Origin: Minisyncoccota bacterium
GTDB taxonomy: Bacteria > Patescibacteriota > Minisyncoccia > UBA6257 > MFKM01
Direction of reading: 5' to 3'
NCBI GenBank assembly: GCA_036169835.1
Contig: JAVHOD010000052.1
Location: 1 to 34,603, forward strand
Length of the DNA: 34,603 nt
The first letter of the stretch is position 1. Every line of letters starts with the position of its first letter. The notes beneath the pieces are model-generated. The model was not told the DNA's origin. It worked only from the letters and a program-made list of their open reading frames with translations, and made no database searches. Both the position numbers and the translations under genes were made by a program. This document shows, in pieces, positions 6,909-13,268 of this stretch.

Positions 6909-6935
6909 AAAAACACCGGTAAAATCTCAAAAATC
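6909..6935 (+). repeat. Direct repeat DR2 (copy of the ftsZ 3' end)
   Basis: See DR1. It lies about 830 bp downstream in the same orientation. Confidence 0.8.
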
Positions 6936-7056
6936 AAATTTTATTAAGATTTGATACCACATTTTTTAGATATAATTTACTTAGTGACCCAAATAGTATA
7001 TATTTAGGTTAGTATAATAACCTAAACAACATATATGTCAGTTATAAGACGTATTC

Positions 7057-7084
7057 AAAAAGACGGTTGAATACCCGTCTTTTT
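7057..7084 (-). terminator. Rho-independent terminator downstream of nrdG (bidirectional shape)
   Basis: aaaaagacgg-ttgaatac-ccgtcttttt: a 6-bp GC-containing stem flanked by A5/T5 runs, 5 nt after the nrdG stop. Confidence 0.75.
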
Positions 7085-7088
7085 GATT

Positions 7089-7817
7089 TTAAAGATTTCT
7101 TAACTCGGTAGGCAGATATTTATTGCATTTTTTTTGAATGGTTTCTAACTGCTTTTGTCCGAAGGGTTTGTATTTTTTATATTTCGGGTTGATTGTCTTT
7201 TCGGGTTTGAATTGCTGAAGAAAATATTTTTTAGCGCCTTTTAATTGTTTGGCTATATCTACAATATCTTTTAGTTGGTGTAGTTTCGGTATGATTGTGG
7301 TTCTGAATTCATAATTAATTCCGGATTTTTTGATTATCTCAATGCTTTTTTTAATTTTTTCTAAATTAACTTTCGTCCCCGCCACTTCGTCATATTTTGA
7401 AAATTGGGAATTGGAAATTGGAAATTGCGCCAAAGGCGCCTTTATGTCCATAGCCACATAATCTATGAGTTTTTCATCAATTAAGTTTTTTAACATTTCG
7501 GGATTTGAGCCGTTGGTGTCAAGCTTCACCGCATATCCAAGTTTTTTTATTTTTTTTATAAAATCCGGTAGGTTTTTATTTATGGTAGGTTCTCCGCCGC
7601 AGATTGCCACGCCATCCAATAGTCCTTTTCTTTGTTTTAAAAAATCAAAAAAATCTTTTTCGGAAATTTTAGCGTGTTTGTTAATATCTTCGGCTAAAAC
7701 CAATTCGGGATTATAGCACCAGGGACAGGAAAAATTACAGCCAACTAAAAAAACCGTGGCCGCGATTTTGCCCGGATAATCAATAAGGGTAAGTTTTTGG
7801 AGACCGCCTATCAGCAC
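7089..7817 (-). CDS. nrdG: Anaerobic ribonucleoside-triphosphate reductase activating protein (radical SAM)
   Basis: 242 aa with the CNFSCPWCYN radical-SAM cluster motif and GGEPT. It follows nrdD with a 1-nt gap. Confidence 0.85.
   Translation of the reverse strand: MLIGGLQKLTLIDYPGKIAATVFLVGCNFSCPWCYNPELVLAEDINKHAKISEKDFFDFLKQRKGLLDGVAICGGEPTINKNLPDFIKKIKKLGYAVKLDTNGSNPEMLKNLIDEKLIDYVAMDIKAPLAQFPISNSQFSKYDEVAGTKVNLEKIKKSIEIIKKSGINYEFRTTIIPKLHQLKDIVDIAKQLKGAKKYFLQQFKPEKTINPKYKKYKPFGQKQLETIQKKCNKYLPTELRNL
7399..7439. repeat. Heptamer tandem repeat plus GC hairpin inside the nrdG CDS
   Basis: On the coding strand, aatttcc aatttcc aattccc aatttt encodes QFPISNSQFS. It is preceded by the hairpin gcgcc-aaa-ggcgc (7427-7439), which encodes APLA. 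Confidence 0.7.
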
Positions 7818-7818
7818 G

Positions 7819-9927
7819 TTATTTGACAGCAGTTGTGGATTTTATTTTAAAAGTTTTTCTCTCTTTAAATTCCTCTTGTTTACCCAAATTCCACTGCGAT
7901 ACCGGTCTTAAATACCCAACAATCCTTGAATAAACCTCGCAGGGCTGTTTGATGGCGCATTTCGGACAGAGGAAATGTTCTCCGGTTAAATAACCGTGAG
8001 TGGGGCAGATGGAGAAGGTGGGCGTTAAAGTGACATAAGGCAGATGAAAATTTTCAAAAACTTTTTTAATCAGATTTTTGGCGGTTTGGACGTCGGAAAT
8101 TTTTTCTCCCAGTAAAAGATGCAGAACAGTGCCGCCGGTGTATTTGGCTTGAATTTCGTCTTGCAGTTTTAAGGCCTCAAAAATATCATCAGTGTGATTA
8201 ACCGGCAATTGGGTAGAGTTGGTATAATAAGGTGTTTTTTTTGTGCCAGCCGAAATAATTTCGGGATATTTTTCTTTGTCTTTTTGTGCCAGCCGATAAG
8301 CGGTTGATTCCGCCGGGGTGGCTTCTAAGTTATATAAATATCTGGTCTCTTCTTGGTATCGGATTAATCGTTCTCTCATGAAATCCAAAACTTCCAAGGT
8401 GAATTTTTTTCCGCTTTTGGAAGATATGTCTTCATTCATAAAATTCAACAGGGCTTCATTCATTCCAACCAAGCCAATAGTGGAAAAATGATTGGCATAA
8501 TAAGCGTTTCTCATTTTTTTTACTCCGGAAAGATAATATTTTGAATAAGGGTACAGACCTTTTTCAATGAAATTTTCAACGGCTTTTCTTTTGATTTCCA
8601 AGCTTTCTTTGGCCAAATCCATGACTTCGGCTAACCTCTTAAAAAATTCTTTTTTGGTTTTAGAAAGATAACCGAGCCGGGGCAAATTGACGGTGACGAC
8701 TCCGATAGAACCGGTCAGGGGATTGGAGCCGAATAAACCGCCGCCCCGCTTGTAAAGCTCGGCATTACTCAAACGCAAACGGCAACACATACTCCGGACG
8801 TCTTCGGGTTTCATATCGGATAGGATGAAATTTGAAAAGTAATTTACTCCATATTTGGCCGTGGCTTCCCACATTGGTTTTAAAGCCGGGCTATCCCAGG
8901 GAAAATCCTTGGTGATATTAATGGTCGGGATGGGGAAAGTAAAAGGCCGGCCCTTGGCGTCTCCTTCCATCAGGACTTCGTAAAATGCCCGGATTAAAAC
9001 GTTCATTTCTTCCTGGAAATCCTTATAAGTTTCCTTTTGCGGTTTGCCGCCGATAATCACTGATTGATTGGCCAGGGCCGCTGACGGGGAGACGTCCAAA
9101 GTGATATTAGTGAAAGGATTCTGGAAACCAACCCGGGTAGGAATGGCGCAATTGAAAATAAATTCTTGGAGTGCCTGTTTGACTTGCTGATAGTTTAAAT
9201 TATCGTATCTGATAAAAGGGGCGAGCAGGGTGTCAAAATTAGAAACGGCTTGAGCGCCGGCTGATTCTCCCTGGAGGGTATAAAAGAAATTAACCAGCTG
9301 GCCCAAAGCGCTTCGGAAATGCTTGGCTGGCCCAGCTTCCACTTTACTCGCCACGCCGCCGAAGCCCTTTACTAAAAGGTCATACAAATCCCAACCGCAA
9401 CAATAAGTGGCTAAAGAATCCAAATTATGAATATGAAGGTCGCCGCTTTCCGCCGCTTGCCGGATTTTTTCGGGATAAATTTTATTAAGCCAATATTTTT
9501 TGGTGACGGCGGAAGTGACGTAATGATTTAACCCCTGGAGAGAATAAGCCATATTGGCGTTTTCCTTGACCTGCCAATCCAATTCGGAAATATACTGGTC
9601 AACCATTTCCACCGCTTCATTAATGGCGGTGGAGGCCTCTCTTATTTTCCGGCGTTGTTCCCGGTACAAGATATATGCCTTGGCGGTTTCGGCAAAGCCC
9701 TCTAAAATTAAAACTTCTTCCACGATGTCCTGGATTTCTTCAACGGTGGGAATTTCCGTTTTTTTGAAACGACGTTGCATTAAAGAGGCGACTTTGTCGG
9801 AAATTTGTTTGGCCTTTTTGCCGTCGCCTTGGTCGCTGGCGGTCAGCGCTTTAACGATGGCTTGCGTGATTTTTTCTTGCTCAAATTTTACTATCCGGCC
9901 GTCTCTCTTTTTGATTTCGTTGGACAT
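7819..9927 (-). CDS. nrdD: Anaerobic ribonucleoside-triphosphate reductase (class III)
   Basis: It has an ATP-cone N-terminus (KRDGRIVKFEQEKI) and the RSMCCRLRL thiyl loop. The C-terminus has a Zn ribbon (CPTHG..CPKC) and the glycyl-radical motif RIVGYLRP. The start is placed at ATG 9927 (MSNEIKK) instead of the ORF-track start at 9990. Confidence 0.9.
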   Translation of the reverse strand: MSNEIKKRDGRIVKFEQEKITQAIVKALTASDQGDGKKAKQISDKVASLMQRRFKKTEIPTVEEIQDIVEEVLILEGFAETAKAYILYREQRRKIREASTAINEAVEMVDQYISELDWQVKENANMAYSLQGLNHYVTSAVTKKYWLNKIYPEKIRQAAESGDLHIHNLDSLATYCCGWDLYDLLVKGFGGVASKVEAGPAKHFRSALGQLVNFFYTLQGESAGAQAVSNFDTLLAPFIRYDNLNYQQVKQALQEFIFNCAIPTRVGFQNPFTNITLDVSPSAALANQSVIIGGKPQKETYKDFQEEMNVLIRAFYEVLMEGDAKGRPFTFPIPTINITKDFPWDSPALKPMWEATAKYGVNYFSNFILSDMKPEDVRSMCCRLRLSNAELYKRGGGLFGSNPLTGSIGVVTVNLPRLGYLSKTKKEFFKRLAEVMDLAKESLEIKRKAVENFIEKGLYPYSKYYLSGVKKMRNAYYANHFSTIGLVGMNEALLNFMNEDISSKSGKKFTLEVLDFMRERLIRYQEETRYLYNLEATPAESTAYRLAQKDKEKYPEIISAGTKKTPYYTNSTQLPVNHTDDIFEALKLQDEIQAKYTGGTVLHLLLGEKISDVQTAKNLIKKVFENFHLPYVTLTPTFSICPTHGYLTGEHFLCPKCAIKQPCEVYSRIVGYLRPVSQWNLGKQEEFKERKTFKIKSTTAVK

Positions 9928-9958
9928 GATTTTTGATAAGTGATTTAGATTTAAAAAT

Positions 9959-9967
9959 ATTCTATCA
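9959..9967 (-). promoter_or_regulatory. Extended -10-like box TGATAGAAT upstream of nrdD
   Basis: The rc of attctatca, about 32 nt upstream of the nrdD ATG. The 9-mer is identical to the one upstream of hisS. Confidence 0.4.
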
Positions 9968-10056
9968 CAGGCAATTACCGAAAACAACAAATTTAATAGC
10001 TGATTTTAATAATATTTTATGCTATAATTATAAAAATATTTGTTCTTTGTAAATAG

Positions 10057-10180
10057 GACTGCCGTCGTCTAACCAGGAAGGACGTCTTCGGAAAAAGCCA
10101 CAAGGGTTTATTGATCGGAGAGGCGCCTCTCTTAAGGCATTTTCAGAAGAAAGAGCGGGTTCAAATCCTTGCCGGCGGTC
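10057..10180 (+). ncRNA. tRNA-like structured element without a canonical anticodon loop, in the leader of the hotdog gene
   Basis: Acceptor-like stem: GACTGCCG 10057-10064 / CGGCGGTC 10173-10180 (8 bp, one G-U). D-arm-like: CGTC 10066-10069 / GACG 10081-10084, with a GG-containing loop. Third stem: TCTTC 10085-10089 / GAAGA 10146-10150. T-arm-like: GCGGG-TTCAAAT-CCTTGC (10155-10172). A 56-nt insert sits where the anticodon loop should be. A TGCTATAAT -10-like box lies at 10020-10028. Confidence 0.45.
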
Positions 10181-10206
10181 TTTAATAAAAATAAGGAGGT
10201 GAAGCG

Positions 10207-10656
10207 ATGGCTAATCTTTTACAAGAAAGAATTTTAGAAAAGGAAGAAATTGAAGAATTTATTCCTCATCGGGGAAAGTGGTTGCTTTTGGATAAAGTTA
10301 CGGAAATCCAGGAAAAATCCATTGTCGCCATAAAAACATTTACCGCGGAAGAATGCGAAGGGCATTTTGGGATAGTCCCCGGACATTTAATTTGTGAAGC
10401 TTTAGCTCAAGCCGGCGCCGTTTTGGTTGGTTACCGTTGTGCTTCTTCTGGAAATAAAAAAATTCCGCTTTTAAGGCATGTTACTGACGCAAAATTTATT
10501 TCTGTGGTGAGACCCGGTGAACGAGTGACGCTTGAAGTGGAATTAATAAATTCAAAAGAGGATGTTTTCTTGTTAAGAGGGATGGCCTTGATCAGCCTGA
10601 AAAAAGTTGTCAGCTGGGAAGGAACGGGCTTTGCTACGGATGAATTGAAATTTTAA
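10207..10656 (+). CDS. FabZ/FabA-like hotdog-fold dehydratase family protein
   Basis: 149 aa with motifs IPHRGKWLLLD and HFGIVPGHLICEALAQ. A strong SD aaggaggtg lies at 10193-10201. Confidence 0.7.
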   Translation: MANLLQERILEKEEIEEFIPHRGKWLLLDKVTEIQEKSIVAIKTFTAEECEGHFGIVPGHLICEALAQAGAVLVGYRCASSGNKKIPLLRHVTDAKFISVVRPGERVTLEVELINSKEDVFLLRGMALISLKKVVSWEGTGFATDELKF

Positions 10657-10662
10657 GATTTT

Positions 10663-10696
10663 GCCCTCCGACATTTTGTCAGAGGGCTTTTTATTT
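10663..10696 (+). terminator. Rho-independent terminator after the hotdog gene
   Basis: gccctccgaca-tttt-gtcagagggc followed by tttttatttt. Confidence 0.8.
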
Positions 10697-10700
10697 TATC

Positions 10701-10729
10701 TTGACGTTTTGATGCTTCAATTTTATTAT
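10701..10729 (+). promoter_or_regulatory. Sigma-70-like promoter for iorAB (TTGACG - 17 nt - TATTAT)
   Basis: -35 TTGACG at 10701-10706 and -10 TATTAT at 10724-10729, with a 17-nt spacer. It lies 22 nt upstream of the iorA ATG. Confidence 0.55.
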
Positions 10730-10751
10730 GCTTTAATAAAAGAACAGTCAT

Positions 10752-12437
10752 ATGCAAAGCGAAATTCTAAAAAATAAAGGCGATAAAGTCGTTTTACTTG
10801 GGAACGAAGGAATTATCCGGGGCGCTTTAGAGGCGGGGGTTCAATTTATTTCTTCTTATCCGGGCACGCCGGCTTCGGAAATCGGCAATATTTTTTATCA
10901 GTTTTTTAAGTCAAAGAAATTACCCAAGGATGTTTATTTTGAGTTTTCCGTAAACGAAAAGATAGCCATGGAGGCGGCGGCTGGGGCATCTTTTTGCGGT
11001 TTGCGGAGTTTGGTGGCGATGAAAAATTTCGGCCTTAATGTCGCTTCTGATTTTCTGTACCCCTTGGTTTATTCCGGGGTTAAAGGGGGTATGGTTATTG
11101 TGGTGGCGGACGACCCTTCCTGCTGGAGTTCGGCTCAATCGGAAGATAACAGCCGGGGCCACGTTATCAAGGCGCATATTCCCACTCTGGAACCGTCAAC
11201 GCCGCAAGAATGCAAGGATTTTACAAAACTGGCTTTTGAGTTTTCGGAAAAATTCGAAATTCCGGTAATGATTCGGGAAACGACCCGGGTGGCTCTTCAG
11301 GCCGGGCTGGTCAAGCTTGATGAAATAAAAGAGGGGAAGAGGAAGGCCAAATTTATAAAAAATCCGCGCCAGTTCGTAACTATGCCCCCCCGGGTTTTGG
11401 AAATGCACCGGGAACTTTTAGAGAAGATTGAAAAAATTAGAGAATTTTCCGAGAAGTCAGAAATTAACAGAATTGTCCCGCTAGGCGGGATCCCGCTAAG
11501 CGGGAAAAATTGTCAGGTGGGCATCATCGCTTCCGGAGTTTGTTATTTATACGCCAAAGAAGCACTTCGGGAATTGAATATTAAATTGCCTGTTTTGAAA
11601 TTAGGATTTTTCTATCCGTTGCCGGATGAAATGATTAAAAATTTCATCAAGAATTTGGATGAAGTTTTGATAATTGAAGAATTGGAGCCATATCTGGAAA
11701 AAGAAATAGAAAGATTAGCCAAAGACGCCAACCCTAAATTGAAAATCAACGGCAAAAATCTTTTGCCTGAAGTCGGGGAAATAAAACCCGAATATGTGAT
11801 TTTGGCTGTTTCAAAGCTTAGCGGAGCGAAGGCCGCTTTTTCTCTTGAAAAGCACCGGAAAGAATTTAAAAATATAAAAGCGCCGGAAAGAAATCCCCGA
11901 TTTTGCCCGGGTTGTCCCTATAATTTCGTTTATTCGGTAATCAAAAAAATAGCTCCAAAGAATGCCATCTTCGGAGGCGAGATCGGCTGTTATATGCTGG
12001 CCCACTATCCGCCCCATGAAATGCAGGATTATCTTTATTGCATGGGTTCGGATATTTCAATAGCTCACGGGATCAAAAAAGCCATTAAGCAATCGGGAGG
12101 CGATGAATTCAACCAGAAAATTATCGCTTTTGTCGGCGACTCTTCTTTTTTTCACGCCAGCATTCCTCCGTTGCTTAACGCCGTTTTCAATAAATCCAAT
12201 CCTTTAATAGTCATTTTGGAGAATAAAACTACGGCCATGACCGGCCATCAGCCGCACCCCGGCATTAAGGGAGATATTAAAATCGAGGAAATCGTTAAGG
12301 CCTGCGGCGTAAAAAATGTGAAAACAGTCGACCCGGTTAAAGTGAGGGAATTCGAGAGCGTCATCAAAGATTTTCTGAAGAAAAAAGAAATCTCGGTGAT
12401 TATCGCCAAACATCCCTGTTTATTCGTAGAAAATTAA
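10752..12437 (+). CDS. iorA: Indolepyruvate/2-oxoacid:ferredoxin oxidoreductase, alpha subunit
   Basis: 561 aa. It has LLGNEGIIRGALEAGV..SSYPGTPASEI at the N-terminus and the TPP-binding region GDSSFFH. It ends at KHPCLFVEN, with no visible C-terminal CxxCxxCxxxCP ferredoxin-type domain. Confidence 0.8.
   Translation: MQSEILKNKGDKVVLLGNEGIIRGALEAGVQFISSYPGTPASEIGNIFYQFFKSKKLPKDVYFEFSVNEKIAMEAAAGASFCGLRSLVAMKNFGLNVASDFLYPLVYSGVKGGMVIVVADDPSCWSSAQSEDNSRGHVIKAHIPTLEPSTPQECKDFTKLAFEFSEKFEIPVMIRETTRVALQAGLVKLDEIKEGKRKAKFIKNPRQFVTMPPRVLEMHRELLEKIEKIREFSEKSEINRIVPLGGIPLSGKNCQVGIIASGVCYLYAKEALRELNIKLPVLKLGFFYPLPDEMIKNFIKNLDEVLIIEELEPYLEKEIERLAKDANPKLKINGKNLLPEVGEIKPEYVILAVSKLSGAKAAFSLEKHRKEFKNIKAPERNPRFCPGCPYNFVYSVIKKIAPKNAIFGGEIGCYMLAHYPPHEMQDYLYCMGSDISIAHGIKKAIKQSGGDEFNQKIIAFVGDSSFFHASIPPLLNAVFNKSNPLIVILENKTTAMTGHQPHPGIKGDIKIEEIVKACGVKNVKTVDPVKVREFESVIKDFLKKKEISVIIAKHPCLFVEN
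11477..11504. repeat. Tandem double hairpin centred on GGGATCCC inside the iorA CDS
   Basis: cccgc-tag-gcggg AT cccgc-taa-gcggg, encoding PLGGIPLSG in-frame. Confidence 0.75.
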
Positions 12438-12439
12438 TC

Positions 12440-13039
12440 ATGCAAAAAAAATTCAGCGGCATAATAGTGGGTACCGGCGGGCAAGGACAAATTACCTTGC
12501 TTAATATTCTGATTAAAGCCGCTCAATTGGAAAATCTGGATGTTAAGACCTCCGAACTCCACGGTCTTTCCCAAAAAGGCGGATCAGTGGAGGCGCATTT
12601 TCGTTTCGGCAAAGATATTTTTTCGCCTCTAGTTGAAGAGGGCAAGGCCGATTTGATTTTCGCCCTGGAAATACAGGAAGCCGTGAAGGCCTGCTACTAC
12701 GCTTCGAAAGAAGCCAAAACAGTATTTTTGGTCAATGATTTGTCGCTGGCGATTCCCGGCCAGAAACCTTTGACCAAAGAAGAAATTTTTAAAACTTTAA
12801 ATAATTTTTCCGCGAAAGCGATTTTTATTCCCGCCGCCGAAATTTGCCAAAAAGAATTAAACGCCGCCATCGGCGCTGGCGTCTTTCTGCTCGCTTTAGC
12901 CGCTTTTAAAAATTTATTAACCTTAAAACCCGCTTCCGTCAAAAAAGCCATCAGGGAAATCGTTAAGCCGGAATATCGCAATCTTAATTCAAAGATTTTT
13001 GAATTAGCCCGAAAGAAAGCGGAATATTTTGATTTTTAA
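12440..13039 (+). CDS. iorB: Indolepyruvate/2-oxoacid:ferredoxin oxidoreductase, beta (gamma-type) subunit
   Basis: 199 aa with the GTGGQGQITL motif. It starts 2 nt after the iorA stop. Confidence 0.8.
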   Translation: MQKKFSGIIVGTGGQGQITLLNILIKAAQLENLDVKTSELHGLSQKGGSVEAHFRFGKDIFSPLVEEGKADLIFALEIQEAVKACYYASKEAKTVFLVNDLSLAIPGQKPLTKEEIFKTLNNFSAKAIFIPAAEICQKELNAAIGAGVFLLALAAFKNLLTLKPASVKKAIREIVKPEYRNLNSKIFELARKKAEYFDF

Positions 13040-13118
13040 GATAGACTCTAATTACTCGTCGCCGTCCACAAGTAAATCAAATTTGTCCGAGAAAATATCC
13101 CGCGCCCCCCTGCCTAAA

Positions 13119-13263
13119 ACAAGGAAAGGAATTTCCTTGAAGCGAGGCTCGAGGAGCGAGCGGGCATGGTTTTCCGACGAAGTCGGAAAGAGCGAGCGAC
13201 GAAAGCCAGCGAGCGAGCACGCTGGGCGAGCGAGCGGTAGCAAAGGGAAATTCCTTTCCTTGT
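13119..13263. repeat. 18-bp perfect inverted repeat enclosing a GC-rich 109-nt core with reiterated GAGCGAGCG
   Basis: acaaggaaaggaatttcc (13119-13136) is the exact complement of ggaaattcctttccttgt (13246-13263). GAGCGAGCG occurs at 13154-13162, 13190-13198 and 13228-13236, and GAGCGAGC at 13211-13218. A central hairpin ttccgac-gaa-gtcggaa lies at about 13171-13187. Confidence 0.8.
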
Positions 13264-13268
13264 CGAAC

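Noticed and set aside
6985-7040. NrdR-box-like AT palindromes (aaatagtatatattt, acatatatgt) near nrdG
   Set aside because: They lie downstream of the nrdG 3' end, not upstream of nrdD where NrdR boxes act. They are AT-rich palindromes expected by chance in this composition. The real nrdD upstream region (9928-10020) shows no clear tandem 16-bp boxes.
9928-9990. N-terminal extensions suggested by the ORF track for nrdD (start 9990), SIMPL (14168), the Cys-repeat protein (16365), grx-like (22009), the MacB ATPase (24733, TTG) and DUF192 (28783)
   Set aside because: In each case an internal ATG gives a canonical N-terminus: an ATP-cone, a signal or TM peptide, [11 protein letters not shown], and so on. 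Each also removes implausible overlap with the neighbouring gene or terminator.
10070-10106. SRP (4.5S) RNA interpretation based on AACCAGGAAGG...GGAAAAAGCC
   Set aside because: There is partial resemblance to the ACCAGG...GGAAGCAGCC helix-8 core. However, the AGCA of the asymmetric loop is not preserved, and the tetraloop stem is weak (C-UUCG-G with only about 2 further pairs). The flanks do not fold back into the required long hairpin, and they fit the tRNA-like arms better.
10057-10180. tmRNA interpretation of the tRNA-like element
   Set aside because: The topology is tmRNA-like: acceptor and T-arm halves separated by an insert, with a possible GCC-ACA-AGG-GUU-UAU-UGA mini-frame. Three things argue against it. 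The element is far shorter than any tmRNA I know. It lacks the G3-U70 alanine identity pair (the wobble is U4-G69). The putative tag lacks a hydrophobic ...AA end and pseudoknots.
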